64,000 bases of DNA from Eledone cirrhosa (lineage: Eukaryota). Below, piece by piece: positions 53,118 through 64,000 of this stretch (positions within the stretch are counted from its first letter, which is position 1; each line of letters starts with the position of its first letter). The stretch covers positions 300,266,001 to 300,330,000 of the forward strand of contig OZ024740.1 in the NCBI GenBank assembly GCA_964016885.1. The letters run 5' to 3'. Under the pieces are notes generated by a model. That model was not told where the DNA came from. It ran no database searches and saw nothing but the letters and a program-made list of their open reading frames with translations. The position numbers and the translations under genes were made by a program.

Positions 53118-53465
53118 CATAATATATAAGATCAAAAGATGGTTAAAAGAGTTCCATGTATTTTATTATGCGCATTTCAAAAACAAATATCATCATGCAA
53201 TAATATTTGTGTTTTCATCAGATAAAATAGGAAGACATGATATGAAGGTTAAATAAATACTTGTGAATAGTGCAGTTTTAAATCAACATATATATGTTGA
53301 TTTAAAACTGCACTATTCACAAGTGTTTTTTAACCTTCATATCATGTCTTCCTATTTTATCTGATGAAAACACAAATATTATTGCATGATGATATTTGTT
53401 TTTGAAATGCGCATAATAAAATACATGGAACTCTTTTAACCATGTTTTGATCTTATATATTATAT
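53118..53465. repeat. ~350-bp near-perfect palindrome centred on caacATATATATgttg
   Basis: The arms are reverse complements; ORFs 53068(+) and 53529(-) translate to the same peptide. Confidence 0.93.
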
Positions 53466-53475
53466 ATATATATAT

Positions 53476-53872
53476 TTGTGTGTGTGTGGGGGGTGGGGTG
53501 TATGTATGTATATATGTTCTAGTGTGCACATTTCGTCAAAAATAAGACAGATATATAAATAAGAGAGAATATTATTGTTTACCGAATTGTTTATGCCAAA
53601 TTGTATACACACTCCATTAGGTGGTATGTTTTCCGAAGACAAAACATGTTTTGCATTTATGAAAGTTCGGTTTCAAGGCCAATTTACGGCCTGTCGGGCA
53701 AATGTGTCAACAATAACCTGTCGAGCCAAGCGTTTTGGTGGAAACTGGGTTGACGAATTCTGTTTCAAAGATTGCACCTTCAAAGCAAAGGGCTGCACTT
53801 CTTACAAAACAAACTGATTCCTTTATAAATATACATAACGGTATGTAGGGGTGTTTGTATTAGTTTGTGTGC

Positions 53873-53903
<31 letters not shown>

Positions 53904-54337
53904 AATGTCTGTCATATGCAGAACCGAACGTTTGTACACCTCTTACTGCCACGTATACTTGTTTCAAATCTTTTCTTTTCAACCGCTCATTATATCTTTT
54001 TTGATATCGTCACTGTATACTTATGGTGATAACTCGAGTGAGTCAAAGACTGGGATTGGGATATTATTTCTATCTATGAGGGCGGTGGATTTGCAGTATC
54101 GGTAGAGAGTCGGACACCATGCTTTGAAGCATAGAGTTACGTCCCTTTATGATCTGAGTTCAAATCCCGCCGAGGTTAACTTTGCCTTTCATCTTTACGG
54201 GGTCGATAAAATAAAGTACCAGTAATGTACTGTGTAATTGCTGGCCTTGTGCCTAAAATAGAAACAATTATTTCTATCTATGAGACAATGATGGTTGCAG
54301 ACAATTTCACTCGACTGATTTACAGAAACTTACTCAT
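53476..54337. repeat. Segment duplicated in inverted orientation at 56564-57423, containing a SINE at 54078-54270 / 56633-56822
   Basis: Mirror ORFs 53575(+) and 57325(-) are nearly identical. The SINE with its ~18-bp TSD is present in both copies. Confidence 0.93.
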
Positions 54338-54662
54338 TGTATTCTCATTAGAAACCCTTTATATACTTGTTTACCAGTAAATAGAATTGCCATCTGTCAT
54401 ATACTATCCCCTCTCTTCTTCCTTTATTACAACTAATATAAATACTTAAATTTTTCTGATTTTTTCAAATTTATCCAATATCTCTGAAGAAGTGACAACT
54501 GATTATACATTTGCTATCGGATACTTGCTAACATTATATGATTACGCAAGCAGCGATACATAGGTATGCCGTCTGTTACAGAAACATATGTCAATACCTA
54601 ATAAATTCCTTTTTAAAGAAAAACAAAAAAAAAAAAAAGCACTTTCATTTTATATTCATCTT

Positions 54663-54718
<56 letters not shown>

Positions 54719-55194
54719 AAATGGGGAGAAGAATACTGCAGGTTGCACATGGATAACATGTTATAAAATGAGTCCCTCATCAGTGATTTGCCAACGATCA
54801 TAGATATTTCATTTCATTAAAAATCATATACCTCACGTTGGTGCAATAATAACTAAATTAAGTTATTAGGACAATTAAAACGCGTAAAGCGAGTGAGACA
54901 AGTAAACAACAAAGAGAAAAGCTAACCGTAGATAGAATGAGACACAAGCTACATAGTTATTCTGTCAGCATGAGCTGGGTGAATATATGAGCGCGTAGAA
55001 AATAGACCTTTTGAGATGAATTCAATTTAAGAAAGAAGGGAATTGTTTTCGTCGCGAACGGGGTGAAGTGAGAAGGGGAGAAACAGTGAGTGAGTGAGTG
55101 GAAGTGTGAGGAAGAGGTCAGTAGAGAGAAAGTGTTAACTGACATGACAGAGGGGGCGAAAGAAAGTAAGAGAAACAGAGAGAACGAGGGAGCA

Positions 55195-55282
<88 letters not shown>

Positions 55283-55432
55283 CAGAATCGCAGTTTAGGT
55301 AAATATATGTGAAAAAATGGGGAGAAGAATTCTGCACGTTGCACATGGATAACATGTTATAAAATGAGTCCCTCATCAGTGATTTGCCAACGATCATAGA
55401 TATTTCATTGCATTAAAAATCATATACCTCAC

Positions 55433-55496
<64 letters not shown>

Positions 55497-55670
55497 GTAT
55501 ATATATATATATATATATATTGTTATACTTTGGGAGGGTCATGTTGCCAATAAGAAACACACGCACCAGTTGCTTTCACTTCAATTTATTATAATAAATT
55601 TATAAATTTAGGAATTTATAAATTTCCGTTTGGTTGGTTGGTTCCACAACCAGATGGTTGTTTATATATT

Positions 55671-55713
55671 GTCAAAGTTCTTTCGTCACACACCCCGCGA
55701 CCTCCTCAGTGAC
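55671..55713 (-). ncRNA. Minimal hammerhead (family A, third copy)
   Basis: gtca-CTGAGGA-ggtcgcggggtgtgtgac-GAAAG-aa-CTT-tgac. Confidence 0.68.
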
Positions 55714-55965
55714 TATATATATATGAAAACTATTTGCCTCCATCATGGAATCATGGATCATCTCAGCACTCTTGCTATATTAATACATTTTGATCTGCTT
55801 AACTTCAATAACTATGCCTGAAAATAACATTATTTTTTCTTCCACATTGACTTTTTATGCTCTACATTTTGCACGTTTTTTTTTTCCTTTTTCTTTTTTC
55901 TTTTCACTTCATAAACCGTGTTTGTAAATGCCATTATTCTTTCTGCACCTTCTGTTTAACATGTG

Positions 55966-56153
55966 CGAAGGGCGAGGGGCGGAGGTAACCTCTGGGAGTT
56001 GCCAGTCTGACTCAGGTCTCTTCCCCTGCTCCCACTGTCCCCGGAGCTGCAAGTCAAGGATCGAGCTCCACAGCCACCTTCGTGCTCACGGCAGACGGGA
56101 ACAACAATAAAGAAGATGTCATCATCGTTTACGATGGACAAACAAGAAGAAGA
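55966..56153 (+). mobile_element. 3' end of an RTE-like LINE with terminal C2H2 finger
   Basis: FPCSHCPRSCKSRIELHSHLRAH..., 3' hairpin catcg ttta cgatg, (AGA)n tail. Confidence 0.7.
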
Positions 56154-57411
56154 TATATATATATATATATGTATATATTAGGTATGTATTGGTGTGTGGG
56201 TATATGTACGAGTGTTTGTAATTGTGTGCGTATCTGAGTGTATGTATACATATATTTAACAACTGAAAATGTATGTTTTGGCATGTTCTTGTGGAAGGAA
56301 AAGTACCCAACCAGCTTAGACGACACTCCAAGACCGCTGAATTGGTGTAGTTAAACTTTCATGTATACTTAATTCTTTGCACAGTCAAGGTTGCTACACA
56401 ACATTCTGATGATGAAGCCACGCACCTATTGGTGTAACAACAATAACTAATGAGTGGCTATACATAACAGGAGAAACTCTGGTTCCAAGGAATACAATCT
56501 ATTTTATTAGCAGTAGAAAAAAAAGTGAACTCCACATTATAGACTCATGGTTATAGTGTGTCTATGAGTAAGTTTCTGTAAATCAGTCGAGTGAAATTGT
56601 CTGCAACCATCATTGTCTCATAGATAGAAATAATTGTTTCTATTTTAGGCACAAGGCCAGCAATTACCCAGTACATTACTGGTACTTTATTTTATCGACC
56701 CCGTAAGGATGAAAGGCAAAGTTAACCTCGGCGGGATTTGAACTCAGATCATAAAGGGACGTAACTCTATGCTTCAAAGCATGGTGTCCGATTCTCTACC
56801 GATACTGCCAATCCATCGCCCTCATAGACAGAAATAATAGCCCAATCCCAGTCTTTGACAAACTCGAGTTATCACCTTAAGTATACAGTGACGATATCAA
56901 ACAAGATGTAATGAGTGGTTGAAAAGAAAAGATTTGAAACAAGTATGCGTGGTAGTAAGAGGTGTACGAACGTTCGGTTCTGTATATGACAGACATTCAC
57001 ATACACGCACATACACACACACACACGCACACAAACTAATACAAACACCCCTACATACCGTTATGTATATTTATAAAGGAATCAGTTTGATATGGTAAGA
57101 AGTGCAGCCCTTTGCTTTGAAGGTGCAATCTTTGAAACAGAATTCGTCAACCCAGTTTCCACCAAAACGCTTGGCTCGACAGGTTATTGTTGATACATTT
57201 GCCCGACAGGCGGTAAATTGGCCTTGAAACCGAACTTTCATAAATGCAAAACATGTTTTGTCTTCGGAAAACATACCACCTAATGGAGTGTAGATACAAT
57301 TTGGCATAAACAATTCGGTAAACAATAATATTCTCTCTTATTTATATATCTGTCTTATTGTTGACGACATGTGCACACTAGAACATATATACATACATAC
57401 CCCCCCCCCCC

Positions 57412-57449
<38 letters not shown>

Positions 57450-57531
57450 CGTTATTCCGGGTTGAATCGGAGGTAACCACAGTAAGTAAGGTACTCAATA
57501 CATAGCAGAGTATAACAGTTTTAATATAGAT

Positions 57532-57584
57532 GAGATTCTACAGGACTAGAACTGTTTCATTCATTAGAAATCATCAGGAATCTC
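57532..57584 (-). ncRNA. Type I hammerhead ribozyme with complete stem III (family G)
   Basis: gagattc-CTGATGA-t ttc taat gaa t-GAAACAG-ttctagtc-CTGTA-gaatctc. 7-bp stem I, 4-bp stem III. Confidence 0.85.
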
Positions 57585-57597
57585 CAATACCGTCCGC

Positions 57598-57653
<56 letters not shown>

Positions 57654-57659
<6 letters not shown>

Positions 57660-59121
57660 GCGGACGGTATTTGGGGACACATTTATGGTTTTAAAAAAAC
57701 GTTTATATAATAACAGAAAACACCGTATTCTTATAAAAATAACATAAAAATAAAGCTAAGTTATCAATTTAAAAATGTCATTCAATAATACCACAATAAA
57801 CATTAATAACTGCCTGTACATGGTGTCGAAATCGTTTGGAAGCTCGGATTAAGTGGTCCTTGTTCATATCGTACATGACTCGAACTATGGCGGCTTTCTA
57901 AGAATCTTTTGTGGTATGGGGTTGTTCATTGACATTTTTCTCAACGATTCTCCATACATAGCGCAGTGGATTGAGGCCTGGTGAATTAGGGGGCAAAATG
58001 TTGTGGGTGATGTGATCATGCAAATTGTCAGCCATCCATTCTTGTGTCAATTGAGCGTTGTGTGATGGTGCAGAATCTTGTTGAAAGACATAAGGCCTTC
58101 CATTGCATACGCTCTTGATCCAAAGCTTAACAACTTTATCCAGGACCTTAATATAAGGATCAGCATTCACCCTAAGGCCTTGTGGAAAAGGGTGAGGAGG
58201 CATCACATGTCCTTCATTGCGTACAACACCCAATACCATGACACTTGCAGGAAATTCTGTGTGCATTACTTTTGGAACCTCAGAGGGGTCTGCACATGGC
58301 CACCTGTGATTTATTCTGTTAGTTTTGTGGTCCTGGTCAAAGTTTATCTCAGATTAAGAAAATCCAAATCACACCATCTTCTGATGGATTTTTAAGTTTG
58401 TTTAAAACTCTTTTGGATCTGATTAAACGCTTTTCTTTTGTTTTTTTTCTGACATGAATTGACCCCTTCTCATCACGTAAGATTTGTATCTGATGTCTTC
58501 ATTCACAACATTTCTGATTGTTTTTTCTGACACACATCTTTTGCAATTGACCTCATTGGTTTTCCTGGATTGTCATCAATGTGTTACTTAACTTTGTGAA
58601 TATATTCAGGTGTCTTGATAGAATCAGAGCGTTAGGAATGTTATTTACGTTTTGATACAGGTAATACGCTTCCGTCTTCTTTCTCTTACTCTCATCGAAT
58701 CTTGTGGTCAAAAGATCTTGCAACTTTCAGAAATCGAGAAATTTCTAAATCACCATGCTTAGCCTTCAAAGCCACAATCAGAGCATGCCTTTTCATTTCA
58801 TTAGTAAGCATAGTTATTTTCATTGTTATTTTCTGAAATGCAAGTTCAATAATAGTTAGTCAAATAAAATAATTGTTTCTAATTTAGGCACAAGGCCAGC
58901 AATTACCCAGTGCATTACTGGTACTTTATTTTATCGACCCCGTAAGGATGAAAGGCAAAGTCAACCTCGGCGGGATTTGAATTCTGATCGTAAAGGGACG
59001 TAACTATGCTGGAAAGCATGGCGTCCGACTCTCTACCGATACTGCCAATCCACCGCCCTGATAGTCAAATAAAATAATGACTAAAAATACATGTGTTCTC
59101 AAATACCGTCCGCACCCCGTA
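57654..59121 (-). mobile_element. Tc1/mariner-superfamily DNA transposon, maT (DD37D) type, decayed
   Basis: ~27-bp TIRs gggtgcggacggtatttg(g/a)g(g/a)acacat with TA flanks. Transposase VMVLGVV..YVFQQDSAPSH..PPNSPGLNPLRY; 37 residues separate the QQD Asp from the mutated third acidic position. Confidence 0.9.
58874..59061 (-). mobile_element. SINE inserted in the transposon
   Basis: 17-bp TSD tagtcaaataaaataat at 58857-58873 and 59062-59078. Confidence 0.92.
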
Positions 59122-59177
<56 letters not shown>

Positions 59178-60899
59178 CGTGTGTGTGTGTGTCTGTGTGT
59201 ATGCGTGGGTATGTATGTATATTATTTAACACAGTAGAATAAGAAGAAGTTGTAGTCACTATTATGATATGTATCAAAAAGAAAAAAATAATAAAAACAA
59301 ACGCTACGGATACTAGTATACAAACCCTTTTGTCTTCTCAACTGTTAAAAACAATTGAAAGTAAAACTAAGAAGCCAAAGTTTGTGTTCCTCCGTAATCT
59401 CTTCTGTGTTTTGTTATGCACAACTCATTATTACAAAGGTCAGAGATCTCCAGAAATATTCTATCCAAAGGAACGTCAGTATTAGTATACATAGGCGTCG
59501 GCACTATCGTAGTGTTTAATAAATCTTAATTGGAAATAGATGGTAGCATACTATACGATAATCAGATGGTAACACCTTGTGTGCTACAACTAGTGGACGT
59601 ATCACCCAAGAAGAAAATTCTGGTGGATTTCGAAGTGGTTTATGGTGCTCGTAGGTTTGTGCTTTAACCTAACTTCCAGGAGAACAAATCTAAGAAAGGT
59701 TGGCGATCAAAGACACCCCCATAAAATGAATGATAAGAGGATGCTACATCTGCCGAAACATTGCATGTATGTGCTACTTGTTATGCATTATCACCGTCTT
59801 TGTCAGCATTGCCCTCATCATTAGGTTTTTGCTTTTTTACAGAAAATTCCTTCTTAGGCAATTCCGAAAATGTTAACAGTTCTATCGGGGATACGTTGTA
59901 ATAATTTGACTGATGCTTGTGTTCGATTCTTAATGTTCTAGTTTTAGTTTTAATTCCCAACGCCTCTATGACAAAAGATTATTTAGACACTTTGATGTCC
60001 CATAATGTTTGTAACTTCCTCGCTAAATACTAATGCATGTAGGTATTTGCCTTTTATTGTAAGCAAAATCCATTAACTTGCATATATTCTTTTTCCAATC
60101 AATCAGCATTAAATCAGCTCTGTTCACTTCAATAGATTAGACTGTTTAAATTGAACATTCCCACAAGATTTTACTTCAGTAATTTTACATTATTTCAGTT
60201 GATGTTTAACCCATTTCTCATTTACTTTCACGTCATACATCTTATATTTTTCAATGCATTTCATCCTGCATCCAATCAATTGTCTCTTTTAATCTCTGAG
60301 GAAGACCTTACCCTATTCTTTCAGCAATAGATAATGGTCACCTCTCTATTTCCACACATCATCCATTTACTATCCTAAATATTTCTATTTATTCTTACCT
60401 CTGAGCAACCGTTAATGTTATTATGGAACACGATTTACTTTCACCCTTTAACCTTTTAGGGTTACATACATGTGACGTAGCTATTAGGTCATGTAGTGTC
60501 ATCTCTTCATTGTCTTTCACAGTCTCGAGTTATACTCATCCACTACATTTTTAGGTTTCTCCCGTCTTAAAAAATGTGTGAGACATATCTACAATGTTTA
60601 ATATTTAACATTTACGGTATTTTAAATAGTATTTACCAACAGCGTCATAAAGCAACATAATACTTATCTATCTTATATTGTTTACACTGGTTCGAACGAA
60701 CATAATAATAAAGAATATGAACTATGTTTTCTGCTTACACATGAAGGAAGCCTGTATTTATCAACACATTGTGTGTTGCTTTGATATTTCACTAGCTGTC
60801 ATGTGCCTTTTGAAAGACGTGATGTCTCTAGACACTCAGATTGTGTCATACGAAAATATATTAACAATCGTAACTCTGAGTCAATGGATAGTATAGATA

Positions 60900-61160
60900 T
60901 ATACAAGGGGTAGAAGGGAAAAATGTCGACCATACATAAATATGGAATGATACGCGATGTCCCCCTCCCCCCACACACAGCCCCGGCGGTCAGAATGGAG
61001 AAGGCGTTTCCCCGGAGGACGGCAAGGGGGACTTGCTGGAAAAGCCACTCCAAATCGCGGGGCTCACACATGCGGCTGGCCAGCTCAGCGCCTATGGTGG
61101 TGAGTAGGGAGGTAGCCCTAGGGTCGAGGATACCAGAAGTCTCCACTGCCAGATGGATCT
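60900..61160 (-). mobile_element. 3' end of a CRE-like RLE LINE
   Basis: LAVETSGILDPRA..IG....EPRDLEWLFQQVPLAVLRGNAFSIL resembles the CRE-clade C-terminal motif. Confidence 0.75.
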
Positions 61161-61722
61161 GGATGCGTTTTAAGGATAGTGTATAATATTCGGCACTATA
61201 GATCATTGTGTCCACTATCATATCATTCTTACTGATTGATATTTAGTTCTTATAAGACTGTCATTTTTTGTCTTGTATTGCTGTTTGAAATATTTCCTTC
61301 TGATATAAACGAGTTCATTGGAATTACTATTTCTGAATAGTCATTTTGTTGTGTAATTTTGTTGAGCCACTTGTAGGGCATCTAATTCATAGCATATTAG
61401 TGAGATACGTAACATTAATCCTTTCAATAATTCAAAATCTTGTTTTATAGTTATATATCATAAGATATGAAGTATTCCGTATATTCCTTATCTTTGTAAT
61501 TTTATGTTGGGTGTTTGGGCTTTATTCTACGTTTACATTAGCTCCATTTCGTACACGGATTATTCGGTAAATAATATATACACATTATCCATAAATTTTG
61601 TTTCTTTCCTCAAAATGTTAAAACCAGGAGTTAACTGTTTACTATGTTGATAATCATGTTTCCCTCTATTGTCATTATATATTCTAGAACGATTCAGTGA
61701 TAATGATTCGTTGCGTACATTT

Positions 61723-61911
61723 GAATTGGCATTATCGGTAGAGGGTTGGACGCCATGCTTTGTAGCATAGTTACGTCCCTTTACGGTCTGAGTTCAAATC
61801 CCATACCGCCGTGGTTAACTTTGCCTTTAATCCTTACGAGGTCGATAAAATAAAGTACCAGTAATGTACTGGATAATTGCTGGCCTTGTGCCAATAGTAG
61901 AAACAATTATA
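61723..61911 (+). mobile_element. tRNA-derived SINE
   Basis: ttggcattatcggtagag..gagttcaaatccc..gtcgataaaataaagtacc..gtagaaacaatt. Confidence 0.87.
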
Positions 61912-63416
61912 TTTAAAAGCATTTTCATCCAATATTTTTCTGTAAAAATGTATTCTTAACCTAATTCGATATACTTTGCATTACTTGCCACACTTTCAGT
62001 AACTAATATTTAGTGCTTTTTGTTTTCGAAAAATTTAAATCATTCCCATGGGTGGGCATTTGCGCTCCTGTGATTCAATGGTTTCAGCATATCTACTTTT
62101 CAACATTATATTTATTCCGCCTTCAGTCTAGTCATCATTTCTACATGTTGATTTCCTAGATGAACGTTTAGTTTTTCACAGGTCTCCGGAATAAAAAAAA
62201 AAATATTTAGATTGCTTTTTTCGTGAAACAATATTACTACGATTTTTGTCTTAAGAATCTAAAAATTGATAAATAAAAAAATCATTTTAGTCAGTTGTAT
62301 AGATAGCATTTCAAATTGTTCATAATACTTTCACAATGAAAATAGAAACACAAATATATATACATATCATAAATACAATTAACTATTAATAGAAACATCA
62401 CAAATACAACGCACTAAAATATACGAACAAAGCGAGAGAATAAAAACAAAAGTCATGGTTTAAATGTATATAGCTAATTTCCTTCTCTAATTATTATCCT
62501 TAAAGTTTCACACATGCTCACCGGTCCAATAGTTCATCATCATCATCATCATCATAATCACCGTCACAGTCATCATCGATATCCATATCATAATTGTCCT
62601 TGTCATTGCCCCCAATATCTCTCTCATGTGTAAACTTGTCTTCTCTGACGCATTGTCTTCTCTTGGGCAATAGTGACTGATAATAACTATTGCCACTACC
62701 ATCAACATCATGTCCATCACCACCGCCACAAATGAGAATCAACAGTAATATCAGCATCAGTATCATGGATTTATTTAATATTTCGATTTTAAATCATATA
62801 ATTTTATTCGATGTAAAATAAATGTTCTGAATAGGATTTGTGAAAAGAAGAAGAAATAGCAAACAAGATAGGAAAGAAAAAAAATAAATGAAACAAATAG
62901 ATACAAAAGGAAGACATATTAGAAAACAAATCTGTCAGAATTATGAATATCTTTTTTAAGAATTACATTAAATAAAATATTTTTAAAATCCGGGCTTAAT
63001 TATGATAAATCATTTCTACATCTCTCGACAACTTCTCTTGAATAGCTAGTGATAATTTCATACAAGAGTCGTGACAATCAATTCTGTGTTTTACAGTTTC
63101 TCTTGCAATAAACTCAATAATATAAAGCTTGTTTTAAATCGATCTAATAATATTCTATCAAATACAATGTAGAGTGATACAGTATATAATTTTTTGCTCA
63201 CCATTAAAATTGAATATGTTTATTGACCACCCAATCAATCAATCACTCAATCATTCATTGGTTGGCAGAACATACATTTAATCTTCCGCTCCTACTCCGA
63301 CAGCCAGGAGAATATTTGAATGATGTTTATGAATGAGTGTTTCCACTAACTAGTTTCAAAGCTATGTTTAATATGTAGAAAAATAACTTATGAAAGAAAA
63401 GATTATACTATTTATG

Positions 63417-63538
63417 TCTTCTTCTTCTTCTTCTTCTTCTTCTTCTTCTTCTTCTTCTTCTTCTTCTTCTTCTTCTTCTTCTTCTTCTTCTTCTTCTTCT
63501 TCTTCTTCTTCTTCTTCTTCTTCTTCTTCTTCTTCTTC
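63417..63538. repeat. (TCT)n microsatellite, possibly the tail of a minus-strand LINE 3' stub (to ~63630)
   Basis: The repeat is seen directly. The stub assignment rests only on adjacent GC-richer sequence. Confidence 0.9.
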
Positions 63539-64000
63539 CAATGGTTGCTTCTGTTATCCAATCATCATGCCCGGAGTCTACACCTGTGTCTCCCGCCGAT
63601 TGACTTTGTCCATAACGTCTGATCAGCGTTTATTTCATTAAACAATGAAACCTGATACTACTAACTAGTAATATCGGAGTTGTGATCTCTTAATTTGGAG
63701 CAAGACCATTAGATCGTCTAAATGACGGGAAATGTTTAATCTAAAAACCGTAATCGCAACACGGATTAATTTAAGGGTTTACAGCTAATTGTATCCATTT
63801 GAAAAATTATGTTGATGTATATTGACTTTTCGCATTGGCACACTAACAAATACTTAAAATGTTAAAGGTATGGATAATAAATTTATTGAGCATGATAAAA
63901 ACCTAGAAATAAAATGTACACCAATAAAATTTGAATGGCGAAAAAGCAATGCCTGCGATACATATATTCATCATCATCAACATCACCATCATCATCATCA

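Noticed and set aside
53575-53817. Cys-rich 80-aa ORF present twice
   Set aside because: The duplication is explained by the local inversion; non-ATG start and no recognisable domain.
55928-56110. C2H2 zinc-finger host gene
   Set aside because: A single finger followed by a hairpin and (AGA)n tail fits an RTE-type LINE 3' end.

Overview
AT-rich, microsatellite-laden animal genomic DNA. The repeat repertoire suggests a cephalopod or octopus, but this is inference and was not database-checked. Almost all ORF-track hits are microsatellite artefacts or decayed transposons: RTE, Tx1/L1-clade, R4/Dong-like RLE and CRE-like LINEs, Penelope-like elements (PLEs), a DD37D maT transposon, a non-autonomous Helitron and many tRNA-derived SINEs. 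The only host-gene signal, missed by the ORF track, is a pair of in-phase + strand exons (47118-47212 and 48069-48210) encoding the C-terminus of a probable WD40-repeat protein. The most striking hidden layer is a dense set of type I hammerhead ribozyme (HHR) motifs from at least 7 unrelated sequence families. They occur in the pseudo-LTRs of PLEs and in short non-coding units, mostly sitting in (TA)n tracts and often with fold-back ends. One HHR-bearing unit has a decayed ORF I cannot assign to any family. All structures were read by eye; nothing was folded, aligned or searched computationally, and most boundaries are approximate.
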